The notes under the pieces: generated by a model
The model's database searches: none
What the model was told of the DNA's origin: nothing
What the model saw: only the letters and a program-made list of their open reading frames with translations
In this document: positions 34,224-42,666 of the stretch, piece after piece
How the letters are laid out: the number at the start of each line of letters is the position of its first letter
Numbering within the stretch: position 1 is the first letter of the stretch
Assembly (NCBI GenBank): GCA_035251085.1
Contig: DATFEN010000147.1
Span: forward strand, 1-42,666
Direction: 5' to 3'
Source: Vicinamibacteria bacterium
Lineage (GTDB): Bacteria; Acidobacteriota; Vicinamibacteria; Fen-336
Length of the DNA stretch: 42,666 nt
Made by a program: the position numbers and the translations under genes

Positions 34224-35327
34224 ATGTACGCGGCGTCCGAGACCGACGCGGACCTCCTCTACGCGACGCGCTTCTTCGCACCCGACCCGTTCCTGTTCGT
34301 ACAGAAGGGCCGCCGCCGCTATCTGGTGATGAGCGATCTCGAGATCGACCGCGCGCGCAAGCAGTCGTGCGCCGGGTGGGTGCTGGCGTGGTCGAAGGTC
34401 GCGAAGCGCATCCAGCGCTCGGGCGGCGTGGCCACAGTCGCCGCGGTGATCGGCCAGGTGCTGCGCGACCTCGGCCTGCGGCGCGTCGAAGTGCCCCGCC
34501 GCTTTCCATTGGGTCTCGCGCAGGAGTTGCGAGCGGCAGGCCTGCGCCTCGACGTCGCCGAGGATCCGTTCTGGCCCGAGCGCGCCGTGAAGGTCGCTGG
34601 CGAAGTCCGCGCCATCGAGGGCGCGCTTCATGCAGCGGAGGCGGGCCTCCTGGCCGGCGTCGAGGCGCTTCGCCAGTGCCGAATTCGCCGCGATGGCTAC
34701 CTGTACCGGAACGGCCGGCGCTTCACGGCCGAAGACCTGCGCGCGGCTGTGAATACGAGGATCATGGCCCAGGGCTGCGTGCCGTCGCACACGATCTGTG
34801 CCCCGGGCGACCAGGCGGTGGATCCCCACGAGGCCGGTCGTGGTCCGATCCGCGCCCATGAGCCCGTCGTGATGGACATCTTTCCGCGCTCGGAGCGGAC
34901 CGGATACTTCGGCGACCTGACCCGGACCGTGGTGCGCGGCCGCGCGAGCCACCGGCTGCACGAGGTCTACGCGCTGGTTCACGAGGGCGTGCGCCTGGGC
35001 CACCGCGGCATCCGGGACGGTGCGCAGGGCCAGTCGATCCACGCCGAGATTCAGGCGCTCTTCGAGCGGCAGGGATACCGCACCGGAGTCCGGCGCGGAC
35101 GCATGCAGGGGTTCTTCCACGGGACGGGGCACGGGCTGGGCCTCGAGATCCACGAGCCGCCATCGATCTCGGTCCGGCCCTCGACGCTGCGGGCCGGCCA
35201 AGTGGTGACGGTCGAGCCGGGCCTGTACTACCTCGGACTCGGCGGCGTGCGCATCGAGGACGTCGCTCTCGTGACCCGGCGCGGCTCGCGCAACCTCACG
35301 CGCGTGCCCAAGGTCCTGGAGATCTAG
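34224..35327 (+). CDS. M24-family Xaa-Pro aminopeptidase / prolidase-like
   Basis: MYAASETDADLLYATRFFAPDPFLFV.. (creatinase-like N-terminal domain). ..VMDIFPR..GYFGDLTRT..HGTGHGLGLEIHEPP..VVTVEPGLY..GGVRIEDV (pita-bread metal ligands). An alternative TTG start lies at 34206. Confidence 0.87.
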   Translation: MYAASETDADLLYATRFFAPDPFLFVQKGRRRYLVMSDLEIDRARKQSCAGWVLAWSKVAKRIQRSGGVATVAAVIGQVLRDLGLRRVEVPRRFPLGLAQELRAAGLRLDVAEDPFWPERAVKVAGEVRAIEGALHAAEAGLLAGVEALRQCRIRRDGYLYRNGRRFTAEDLRAAVNTRIMAQGCVPSHTICAPGDQAVDPHEAGRGPIRAHEPVVMDIFPRSERTGYFGDLTRTVVRGRASHRLHEVYALVHEGVRLGHRGIRDGAQGQSIHAEIQALFERQGYRTGVRRGRMQGFFHGTGHGLGLEIHEPPSISVRPSTLRAGQVVTVEPGLYYLGLGGVRIEDVALVTRRGSRNLTRVPKVLEI

Positions 35328-35397
35328 GCGCGTGAAGTACTGCGACGCCTGCCGCTCGCGATCGCGGGCGGGGCCCCCGTCGGCTAGGATGGTCGCC

Positions 35398-37068
35398 ATG
35401 AAGCAGCCTCGTTTCGTCGGGGTCCTTGCGCTCGTGACCACGCTCGCGCTTTCGGCGAGATCCCAGGATCTTCCCGACGAGGGCGCGCTCGAGAAGATGG
35501 CCGCTCGTTTTGCGCCCGTGGACATCCGAGTGGACCTTGGGCAGCTCCCCGAGGGGGAGCGGAAGTGTCTGGCGAAGATGGTGGAGGCCGCGCGGATCCT
35601 GGACACGCTGTTCCTGCGCCAGGTCTCGCCCCAGAACGAGACGTGGCTGCTCGGCTTGATCCGCGATGGGAGTGCCCTGAGCCGTGCGCGGCTGCGCTAC
35701 TTCCTCATCAACAAGGGCCCGTGGTCGCGCATCGAGCACAACGCGCCGTTCCTGCCTGGCGCCGGCAAGAAGCCGGAGTCAGCGAACTACTATCCGGCCG
35801 GCGCCACTCGTGCCGAGGTCGAGAAGTGGATGGACGGCCTCGCCGGCGCCGAGCAGGAGGCGGCGAAGGGCTTCTTCACGACGATCCGCCGCGGCCCCGA
35901 CGGGACGCTGCGCGCCGTTCCCTACAGCCTCGAGTACCAGGGCGAGCTGGAGCGCGCCGCCGCGCTGCTCTCCGAGGCCGCGGCGCTCACCAGCCAGCCC
36001 ACGCTGAAGCGCTTCCTGGAGACGCGCGCCCGCGCCTTTCTCACGAACGACTACTACGAGAGCGACATGGCCTGGATGGAGCTCGACGCCTCCCTCGAGC
36101 CGACGATCGGACCGTACGAGGTGTACGAGGACGAGTGGTTCAACTTCAAGGCCGCCTTCGAAGCGTTCATCGCGCTGCGCGACGACGCCTTCACGGCCCG
36201 GCTCGCGAAGTTCGGGGCGGAGCTCCAGTACCTCGAGGACCGCCTGCCGATCGAGCCCAAGTGGCGGAATCCCAAGCTGGGCGCGCTCGCGCCGATCCGC
36301 GTCGTCGACGTGGTGATCGCCGCGGGCGACGGCAACCGCGGCGTGCAGACCGCCGCCTACAACCTGCCCAACGACGAGCGCGTGGTGGCGGCCAAGGGCA
36401 GCAAGCGCGTGATGCTGAAGAACCACCAGGAGGCGAAGTTCGAGAAGGCGCTCGTCCCGATCTCGAAGATCGCGCTCGCTTCCGCGGACCAGGGTCTCGT
36501 CAACTTCGACGCCTTCTTCACCCACATCCTGATGCACGAGCTGGTGCACGGCATCGGCCCCCAGACGATCACGGTGGGCGGAAAGGCGACGACGGTCCGC
36601 CAGATGCTCAAGGAGGCGAACGGACCGCTCGAGGAGGCCAAGGCGGACATCGCCGGCCTCTGGGCGCTGCAGCAGCTCATGGACAAGGGCGTGCTCGACA
36701 AGCGTCAGGAGAAGGCCATGTATACGACGTTCCTGGCTTCGACCTTCCGCACGCTGCGCTTCGGCACGAGCGAAGCGCACGGCAAGGGCATGGCGCTGCA
36801 GCTCAACTACCTGCTCGACCAGGGAGGCTTCCGCGCGAATCCGGACGGTACCTTCGCGGTCGACTATGCCAAGGTGCGCCAGGGCGTCGAGGGCCTGACC
36901 CGAGAGATCATGACCATCCAGGCCACCGGCGACTACACGAGAGCGAAGGCCACGCTGGAGAGGATGGTGGTCGTGCGGGCGGAGGTACAGCGTGTGATCG
37001 ACCGCCTCGCCGACGTGGCTGTGGACATCGCGCCGCGCTACGTCACGGCCGACGAGCTCGTGCCGTAG
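35398..37068 (+). CDS. Secreted M49 (dipeptidyl-peptidase III)-like zinc hydrolase
   Basis: ATG at 35398. MKQPRFVGVLALVTTLALSARS signal peptide. FFTHILMHELVHGIGP carries HExxH and LEEAKADIAGLW carries the second EExxAD motif, spaced as in M49. Confidence 0.8.
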   Translation: MKQPRFVGVLALVTTLALSARSQDLPDEGALEKMAARFAPVDIRVDLGQLPEGERKCLAKMVEAARILDTLFLRQVSPQNETWLLGLIRDGSALSRARLRYFLINKGPWSRIEHNAPFLPGAGKKPESANYYPAGATRAEVEKWMDGLAGAEQEAAKGFFTTIRRGPDGTLRAVPYSLEYQGELERAAALLSEAAALTSQPTLKRFLETRARAFLTNDYYESDMAWMELDASLEPTIGPYEVYEDEWFNFKAAFEAFIALRDDAFTARLAKFGAELQYLEDRLPIEPKWRNPKLGALAPIRVVDVVIAAGDGNRGVQTAAYNLPNDERVVAAKGSKRVMLKNHQEAKFEKALVPISKIALASADQGLVNFDAFFTHILMHELVHGIGPQTITVGGKATTVRQMLKEANGPLEEAKADIAGLWALQQLMDKGVLDKRQEKAMYTTFLASTFRTLRFGTSEAHGKGMALQLNYLLDQGGFRANPDGTFAVDYAKVRQGVEGLTREIMTIQATGDYTRAKATLERMVVVRAEVQRVIDRLADVAVDIAPRYVTADELVP

Positions 37069-37944
37069 CTACACGCCGCTCTCCGACAGGAACGCGTCGA
37101 CCGTCTCCCAGTAGCGTTCGTTGAGGCTGGCGCCGGCATGCGGCTCGCCCTCGGCGACCCACAGCCGCTTCGGCCCCGGGTGCGCGTCCAGGATCCGCCG
37201 CACCACGGCCTCGGGCATGCGCGGGTCGGCGCCGTCGACGATCAGCAGCAGGGGCGAGTGCAGGCGCCGCGCCGCCGCGACGCTGTCCACCTCGTCGGCG
37301 TCGAAGCCGGCACGCCACTCGGCCACCGCCACCGCCATCGGGATGATCGGGACCCAGCGCGGCAGGCCGTAGAACAGCCGGCCGTGATGCGCCATCGTCT
37401 CGCGGAAGGAGTCGTAAGGGGCCTCGGCGATCGCGGCGTGGACGTCCTCGCGGTCTGCCGCCGCGCGCAGGACCGCCACGGCCCCCATCGACACGCCCGA
37501 TGCGATGAACCCGCGCCGGGCGAGGTTCTGGACATGGAGCCACTCGAGGGCCGCGCGCACGTCCTCGCGCTCACGGCCGCCGAGCGTCGTGCGCTCACCC
37601 TGGCTGCGGCCGTGGCCGCGCAGCTCGAGCAGCAACACCGTATGGCCGCGGGCCCGGAAGCGCCGAGCCACGCCCGCGTAGCTCTCGATCGAATCGCTGA
37701 GGCCGTGGACCACGACCGCGGCGGCGCGCTCGGGATCGCCGCGTAGCAGCCACGCCCGGAGGCGCAGGCCCTCGGAGCTCAACCAGATCTCTTCGAAGCC
37801 CGGCTCCGGGTCGTGGGTCGGTTGCCGATGTGGGGTGATCATCAGCGACGAGAACACCCACGGCAGCACGGCAACGACGACCAGCCCGTAGAAGGCGACC
37901 CGCAGCAGGATCCGGTCGCGGAGTCGCCCGGGACCTCGCCACAC
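37069..37944 (-). CDS. Membrane-anchored alpha/beta-fold hydrolase
   Basis: N-terminal TM helix ILLRVAFYGLVVVAVLPWVF. ..VVVHGLSDS..LELRGHGRSQG..ASGVSMGAV carries the GxSxG nucleophile elbow, followed by ..LLLIVDGADPRMP..EGEPHAG. Its stop abuts the convergent M49 stop with zero spacer. Confidence 0.85.
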   Translation of the reverse strand: MWRGPGRLRDRILLRVAFYGLVVVAVLPWVFSSLMITPHRQPTHDPEPGFEEIWLSSEGLRLRAWLLRGDPERAAAVVVHGLSDSIESYAGVARRFRARGHTVLLLELRGHGRSQGERTTLGGREREDVRAALEWLHVQNLARRGFIASGVSMGAVAVLRAAADREDVHAAIAEAPYDSFRETMAHHGRLFYGLPRWVPIIPMAVAVAEWRAGFDADEVDSVAAARRLHSPLLLIVDGADPRMPEAVVRRILDAHPGPKRLWVAEGEPHAGASLNERYWETVDAFLSESGV

Positions 37945-37994
37945 GGCAGCATCCTGCCCGCGTCAACTCCGTCTGTCCAGGAACGCGCGCGCTG

Positions 37995-38480
37995 TCAGCG
38001 GCTTCTTGAAGAGCGCCTCAGCACGGCGAGCACGATCGATCCCAGCAGCCACGTCACGAGCGGGAAGATGATCGCGCCCGCGACGAAGATGTGCGCCGCT
38101 ACGTGGCCCCAGTTCTTGCCGTCGACAGGGAGGGGCGAGCCGCCCTGTGACGGAGGATAGAACTCTGGCACCGTGAAGATGTTGTCGCGACCCGTGAAGA
38201 TCGCGAGGATGATCGCGAGCGCGACCAGGAGCTGCGAGTACACGCCCTGGATCAGGAACAGCCCGTAGAGCTCGCGATAGCCGTCGAAGCCGCTGCGCGA
38301 GAGCGTCCACGGGATGTAGACGACGCTCAGCAGCAGGACCGCCGTGGTGCTGGCGAACTTCGCGGTGCTGTCCGGCACACCAGCGAGTGACAGCCCCAGG
38401 CGTATCGCCCACACGATCGTGATCAACAACAGCCATGGTTTCAGGAGCTTCACGTACTCGGACAGACGCTTGCCGAACAT
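37995..38480 (-). CDS. Four-TM membrane protein (unknown family)
   Basis: ATG at 38480 follows GGGAGGGAGG. MFGKRLSEYVKLLKPWLLLITIVWAIRLGLSL.. The N-terminal 50 codons of the track ORF overlap the GntR gene's upstream region and look non-coding. Confidence 0.75.
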   Translation of the reverse strand: MFGKRLSEYVKLLKPWLLLITIVWAIRLGLSLAGVPDSTAKFASTTAVLLLSVVYIPWTLSRSGFDGYRELYGLFLIQGVYSQLLVALAIILAIFTGRDNIFTVPEFYPPSQGGSPLPVDGKNWGHVAAHIFVAGAIIFPLVTWLLGSIVLAVLRRSSRSR

Positions 38481-38557
38481 GCTTGGCCTCCCTCCCTCAC
38501 GCCTCGGTCGGTTGTGATCCGAATCGCGACAGTCTAACGCCTTATCCGGCCGGCCTG

Positions 38558-38570
38558 CGCGATAATCGCG
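38558..38570. promoter_or_regulatory. Palindrome CGCGAT-A-ATCGCG, candidate GntR-type operator
   Basis: Perfect 6-bp arms located 8 nt upstream of the GntR ATG (38578). An extra AATCGCG half-site lies at 38522-38528 in the same 97-bp divergent spacer. Confidence 0.3.
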
Positions 38571-38577
38571 GTCGTCC

Positions 38578-39510
38578 ATGGACATCGTGCTGAGCCGCAG
38601 CGGCGGCGTCTCGGTCCGCGACCAGATCAAGGCTCAGATCGAGCTGAAGATCCTCGGGGGCGATTTCAAAGCGGGGCAGCGCCTGCCCAGTGTGCGTGCA
38701 CTGGCGCGCCGCCTCAAGGTCCACGCGAATACCGTGTCGGCGGCGTACCAGCAGCTCGAGGACGCCGGGCATCTCGAGCTGAAGCCCGGCTCCGGCGTAT
38801 TCGTGCGCAGCTCCGGCCCCAAGGCTCCCCACGAGGCACGCGATCTGGACGAGATGATCCGGCTCGCCCTGCACATGGCCCTCGAGCGCTACTCGGGCAA
38901 CCAGGTGCGGGCCGCGGTCGTGCGCTGGCTCCAGGGCACGCCGCCCGACCGCATCGTCGCGATCGACGCATCCCGCGAGATGGGAGAGCTGCTCGCCCGC
39001 GAGCTGGAGGACGCCCTCGCCATCCCGGCGACCTTCTGCAGCGTGGTCGAGCTCTCGGAACAGCCCGACCGCCTGGCGGGCGCGCTCGGCGTGACGCTCC
39101 CGTACCACCTCGGCCGCGTCCGCAAGATCGCGCCCGGAGTCGCCGTGGAGAGCGTCAACCTCGAGGTTTCACCCGAGGACCGCCGCGCCGTCCTCGACCT
39201 GCCGGCAGGCGCGATCGTGCTGGTCGTCTCCCATTCACCGACCGTGCTGCCCTTCGCCTCCGTGCTGGTGCGCAGCCTGCGCGGAGACGAGCTGCTGGTC
39301 GAGGCGCGCTTGCGCCAGGCATCCACTGAGTGGCAGCGCCTCGTGAAGGCGGCGGACATGGTCTTCGCCGACGCGCTGTCCCATCCCGAGGTGAAGCGGT
39401 CGCGCCCGCGGCGGCTCCGGGAGCTGCGTCTGCTGCCGCCTTCGGTTCTCAGCCGCCTGCGCGACATTCTGACGGTCGTGGTGCCCTTGCCCGGAAACGA
39501 GAAGGGATAG
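38578..39510 (+). CDS. GntR-family transcriptional regulator (wHTH plus uncharacterised C-terminal domain)
   Basis: VRDQIKAQIELKILGGDFKAGQRLPSVRALARRLKVHANTVSAAYQQLEDAGHLELKPGSGVFV is the typical GntR N-terminal domain. Confidence 0.88.
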   Translation: MDIVLSRSGGVSVRDQIKAQIELKILGGDFKAGQRLPSVRALARRLKVHANTVSAAYQQLEDAGHLELKPGSGVFVRSSGPKAPHEARDLDEMIRLALHMALERYSGNQVRAAVVRWLQGTPPDRIVAIDASREMGELLARELEDALAIPATFCSVVELSEQPDRLAGALGVTLPYHLGRVRKIAPGVAVESVNLEVSPEDRRAVLDLPAGAIVLVVSHSPTVLPFASVLVRSLRGDELLVEARLRQASTEWQRLVKAADMVFADALSHPEVKRSRPRRLRELRLLPPSVLSRLRDILTVVVPLPGNEKG

Positions 39511-40442
39511 TGTTCGCCAACGATCGCGCCGTCGTCTCTCGCCGCCACTTCCTCAGCAGATCCGGGGGATTCGCGGCGGCGACACTCTGCTGCGGCCGTG
39601 ACGGTCTGGGCGGCGCGGCCCAGAGCATCCGCTTCGGCTGTGCCGCGATCACCTGGGACGGCGAGGATCAGCGCGCGATCCGTGACATCGCCGACGTCGG
39701 ATACACCGGCATCCAACTGCGCCAGCCGGCGGTGGACGAGTGGGGCAAGCGGCCCGGGGAGCTGAGGGATCTGCTCGCCGAGCATCGCCTGACCTTCGTA
39801 GCCCTGTCGAGCGGTGATGTCTCCGTCGAACCCGCGCGCGCGGACGAGGAGCGAGCGCTGCACGTCGCGCATGCGCGCTTCCTCCGGGAGTGCGGCGGGC
39901 TCTTCCTCCAGGTCCTCGACGAGCGGCCGAAGGGCCGCGCCATCGTCACCGAGGATTACCTCCGCCTCGCGCAAGTGCTCACGGACATCGGCCGCCGGAC
40001 GGCAGAGCTCGGCGTGACCCTCGTCTACCACAACCACATGGGCGGGCTCGGCGAACGGCCGGAGGACCTCGCCCGCATCCTCGAGGCCGCGGATCCGAAG
40101 TACGTGAAGCTGCTGCTCGACACCGCCCATTACCGGCAGGGAGGCGGCGAGCCGGCGCGGGCGGTGGAGGCGCATGCCGATCGGCTGCAGCTTCTGCACA
40201 TCAAAGACGTCGTCAGCCCCGTGCCCGACGACCCGGCCGAGGCGTATCGTTTCGTCGAGCTGGGCCGCGGCAAGGTCGACCTCCGCGGCGTCTTCGCGGC
40301 GCTGGACCGCACGGGCTTCCGCGGTTGGGCCGTCGTCGAGCTCGACCCTTTGCGGAGGCCGGAACGCACGCCCCGGGAATCGGCGATGCTGTCGCGCAGG
40401 TACCTGGAGGAGGAGTTGGGCTTCAAGGTGGGGCACAGATGA
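39510..40442 (+). CDS. Tat-exported xylose-isomerase-like TIM-barrel protein (sugar phosphate isomerase/epimerase family)
   Basis: GTG at 39510 overlaps the GntR stop by 1 nt (TAGTG). The twin-arginine motif is VSRRHFLSRSGGFAAATL. ..GYTGIQLR..LVYHNHMGG..LLLDTAHY..LHIKD..FVELGRGKVD..WAVVELD. Confidence 0.85.
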   Translation: MFANDRAVVSRRHFLSRSGGFAAATLCCGRDGLGGAAQSIRFGCAAITWDGEDQRAIRDIADVGYTGIQLRQPAVDEWGKRPGELRDLLAEHRLTFVALSSGDVSVEPARADEERALHVAHARFLRECGGLFLQVLDERPKGRAIVTEDYLRLAQVLTDIGRRTAELGVTLVYHNHMGGLGERPEDLARILEAADPKYVKLLLDTAHYRQGGGEPARAVEAHADRLQLLHIKDVVSPVPDDPAEAYRFVELGRGKVDLRGVFAALDRTGFRGWAVVELDPLRRPERTPRESAMLSRRYLEEELGFKVGHR

Positions 40443-41026
40443 CGGACCGGCGGGACGTGCTGAGGTGGCTTGCAACAGGGGCCACCCTCCCGCTGTTGGG
40501 GCGGTTCTCGCCGGCCGAGGCTCTCGCCTTCGGACGCCGGGTCCACGCGTCGGCGCATCGACCCGGCGAGGGTTCGTGGCAGGCTCTCGACGCGCAGAAC
40601 GGCCGCGTCCTGGTCGCCGCCTGCGAGGCAATCCTCCCGGCGAGCGACACGCCGGGAGCCACGGCGGCCGGCGTCGACCGCTTCATCGACACGATGCTCG
40701 CCGACTGGTACCCGGCGCGAGAGCGGGATGCCTTCCTGGCCGGGCTTCGCTCGCTCGATGCGCTCAGCCGCGAGTGTCACGGCAGGGAGTTCGCGAAGAT
40801 TCCCGCTGAAGATCAAGCCGCGGTCCTCTCGACCCTCGACGAGGAAGCACAGTCGAGTGAGAAGGGACAGGCGCACTGGTTTGCGCAGCTCAAGGAGCTG
40901 ACGATCTGGGGCTACTTCACGTCGGAGATCGTCGTGACACAGGTCCTTCACGAGAGTCCGCTCGGACCCGGCCGCTACGAAGGCTGCGTCCCGTTGGCCA
41001 CGCACCCCGAGTCGCCGTCGTCCTAG
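40439..41026 (+). CDS. Gluconate 2-dehydrogenase subunit-3-family small subunit (Tat signal)
   Basis: ATGA overlap at 40439-40442. MTDRRDVLRWLATGATLPLLG. ..ACEAILPASDTPGATAAGVDRFIDTML..LKELTIWGYFTSE. Confidence 0.85.
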   Translation: MTDRRDVLRWLATGATLPLLGRFSPAEALAFGRRVHASAHRPGEGSWQALDAQNGRVLVAACEAILPASDTPGATAAGVDRFIDTMLADWYPARERDAFLAGLRSLDALSRECHGREFAKIPAEDQAAVLSTLDEEAQSSEKGQAHWFAQLKELTIWGYFTSEIVVTQVLHESPLGPGRYEGCVPLATHPESPSS

Positions 41027-41033
41027 GCTCGAC

Positions 41034-42666
41034 ATGGCACTGCCTGGAAACGAACGGCATTTCGACGCCGTCGTCGTCGGCTCTGGCATGACGGGCGGCT
41101 GGGCCGCGAAGGAGCTGACCGAGCTGGGCCTGCGCACGCTCGTGCTCGAGGCGGGGCGGCCCATCGACCCGGAAAAAGACTCCCGCGAGCACGTGCCGCC
41201 ATGGCAGATGCCGTTTCGCGGCATGGGCGACCGGCGCTGGGTGGAGGCGCATCAGCCCATCCAGCGGCGCTCCGTCGAATTCGACGAGTGGAGCCACCGC
41301 TACTGGGTCGACGACCTCGAGAATCCTTACACGACGCCGGCCGACAAGCCCTTCGACTGGTTTCGCGCCCGCCAGATGGGGGGCAAGTCGGTTCTCTGGG
41401 GCCGTCAGGTCTATCGCTGGAGCGACCTCGACTTCGAGGCCAACGCGCGCGACGGCGTGGCGGTGGACTGGCCGATACGCTACCGGGACATCGAGGGCTG
41501 GTACGACCATGTCGAGCGCTTCATCGGCGTGAGCGGTCAGCCCGAGGGGCTGCCGCAGCTTCCCGACGGCGCGTTCCTTCCGCCGATGGAGCTCAACTGC
41601 GTCGAGCGCCACATGCGCGACAGCATGCGCGCCCGCTTTGGCGCCGAGCGCGTCCTCACCATCGGGCGCGTGGCCGTCCTGACCGCGCCCCACGGTGGGC
41701 GAGCCGCCTGCCACTACTGTGGCCCCTGCCATCGCGGGTGCGCGACGCGATCCTATTTCAGCAGCATCAACGCCACGCTGCCCGCCGCGCAGGCGACGGG
41801 CCGGCTCACGGTGCGGCCCTTCAGCATCGTCCACAGCCTGGTGCCGGCCCCGGGAGCTGGGCGGCTCTCCGGCGTGCGCATCATCGACGCTAGGACGCGC
41901 GAGGTGAGCGAGTACTCGGCGCGGCTCGTGTTCCTGTGCGCGTCCGCCCTCGAGAGCGCGCGGATCCTCCTCAACTCGAGGTCGGCGCGCTTCCCGGAGG
42001 GCCTCGCCAACTCGAGCGGCCAGGTGGGCCGCAACGTCATGGACCACATCAAGTGGGGCGGCGGGCAGGGCGAGTTCGAGGGATGGCAGGACCGGAGCAG
42101 CGTGGGTACGCGACCCAACGGGATCTACGTGCCCCGCTTCCGGAACTTGGCCTCGCGCGAGAGTGGATTCATCCGGGGGTACGGGTTCCAGGGTCGGGCC
42201 CGGCGCATCGACTGGCAGGATCGGCTTGCGGACCGCGGCATCGGTCTCGACCTGAAACGGCGGCTGATGGAGCCCGGTCCCTGGGTGATGAGCTTCTGGG
42301 GTTACGGAGAGATGCTGCCGCGGGAAGAGAACCGCTGCACCTTGCATCCGAACGGCGTGGACGCCTGGGGCATTCCGATCCTCCACATCGACTGCGCATG
42401 GGGGCCGAACGAGCGCGCCATGCATCGCGACATGAACGCGGCGGCGGTCGAGATCCTCGAGGCCGCTGGCGCCCGCAACGCTCGGGCCGACGCGCGCGGC
42501 CCCAGCGTGCCGGGCAACGCCAACCACGAGATGGGCACGACGCGCATGGGGCGCGACCGCCGCACGTCGGTCCTCAACGCCTGGAACCAGGCGTGGGACA
42601 TCCCCAACCTCTTCGTGACGGACGGCGCCTGCATGACGTCGAGCGGCTGTCAGAACCCGTCGTTGA
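41034..42666 (+). CDS. GMC-family FAD oxidoreductase, large subunit (C-terminus lies beyond the right edge)
   Basis: Absent from the ORF track because it has no stop in the window. The ATG at 41034 gives MALPGNERHFDAVVVGSGMTGGWAAKELTELGLRTLVLEAG (GxGxxG). ..CHYCGPCHRGC..NSSGQVGRNVMDH..ANHEMGTTRMGRD..NLFVTDGACMTSSG. Confidence 0.9.
   Translation, partial: MALPGNERHFDAVVVGSGMTGGWAAKELTELGLRTLVLEAGRPIDPEKDSREHVPPWQMPFRGMGDRRWVEAHQPIQRRSVEFDEWSHRYWVDDLENPYTTPADKPFDWFRARQMGGKSVLWGRQVYRWSDLDFEANARDGVAVDWPIRYRDIEGWYDHVERFIGVSGQPEGLPQLPDGAFLPPMELNCVERHMRDSMRARFGAERVLTIGRVAVLTAPHGGRAACHYCGPCHRGCATRSYFSSINATLPAAQATGRLTVRPFSIVHSLVPAPGAGRLSGVRIIDARTREVSEYSARLVFLCASALESARILLNSRSARFPEGLANSSGQVGRNVMDHIKWGGGQGEFEGWQDRSSVGTRPNGIYVPRFRNLASRESGFIRGYGFQGRARRIDWQDRLADRGIGLDLKRRLMEPGPWVMSFWGYGEMLPREENRCTLHPNGVDAWGIPILHIDCAWGPNERAMHRDMNAAAVEILEAAGARNARADARGPSVPGNANHEMGTTRMGRDRRTSVLNAWNQAWDIPNLFVTDGACMTSSGCQNPSL

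Overview
This is a 42.7-kb, high-G+C bacterial chromosomal segment (roughly two-thirds or more G+C by eye, with real genes showing G/C-saturated third codon positions). The gene content suggests a soil Acidobacteriota-like or related Gram-negative lineage: a CarboxypepD_reg-type TonB-dependent receptor, sulfatase-like/TPR fusions, a two-gene egtD-egtB set and many secreted peptidases. That placement is inference only. I support 35 protein-coding genes. Two run off the window edges and are therefore missing from the ORF track: xseA on the left and a GMC oxidoreductase on the right. I also support one frameshifted, internally deleted pseudogene, one candidate stand-alone structured sRNA with its own promoter and terminator, and a few candidate regulatory sites. 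I saw no rRNA, tRNA, CRISPR array, transposase/integrase or phage genes. Most long ORFs in the track are GC-driven shadow ORFs lying antisense or out of frame to the real genes, and many real genes start well inside the listed ORFs. The most interesting observations are: (1) an orphan 564-aa protein that fuses two PilN/PilO-like modules, two secretin-N0 (STN)-like modules and a PilP-like module, transcribed divergently from a porin / FMN-binding (flavinylation-motif) protein / His-rich 4-TM protein / GT-C-like membrane protein operon, which may be an undescribed envelope-spanning module; (2) an AT-rich duplicated and inverted TGAAAT-type repeat framing that divergent promoter; (3) a roughly 220-nt hairpin-rich intergenic unit with a consensus-like sigma-70 promoter and a strong intrinsic terminator; (4) an RRM-type RNA-binding protein gene with no canonical start codon, apparently using ATT; (5) a minimal egtD-egtB ergothioneine pair translationally coupled to an MBL-fold hydrolase. 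All family assignments come from motif recognition by eye; no similarity search was run.
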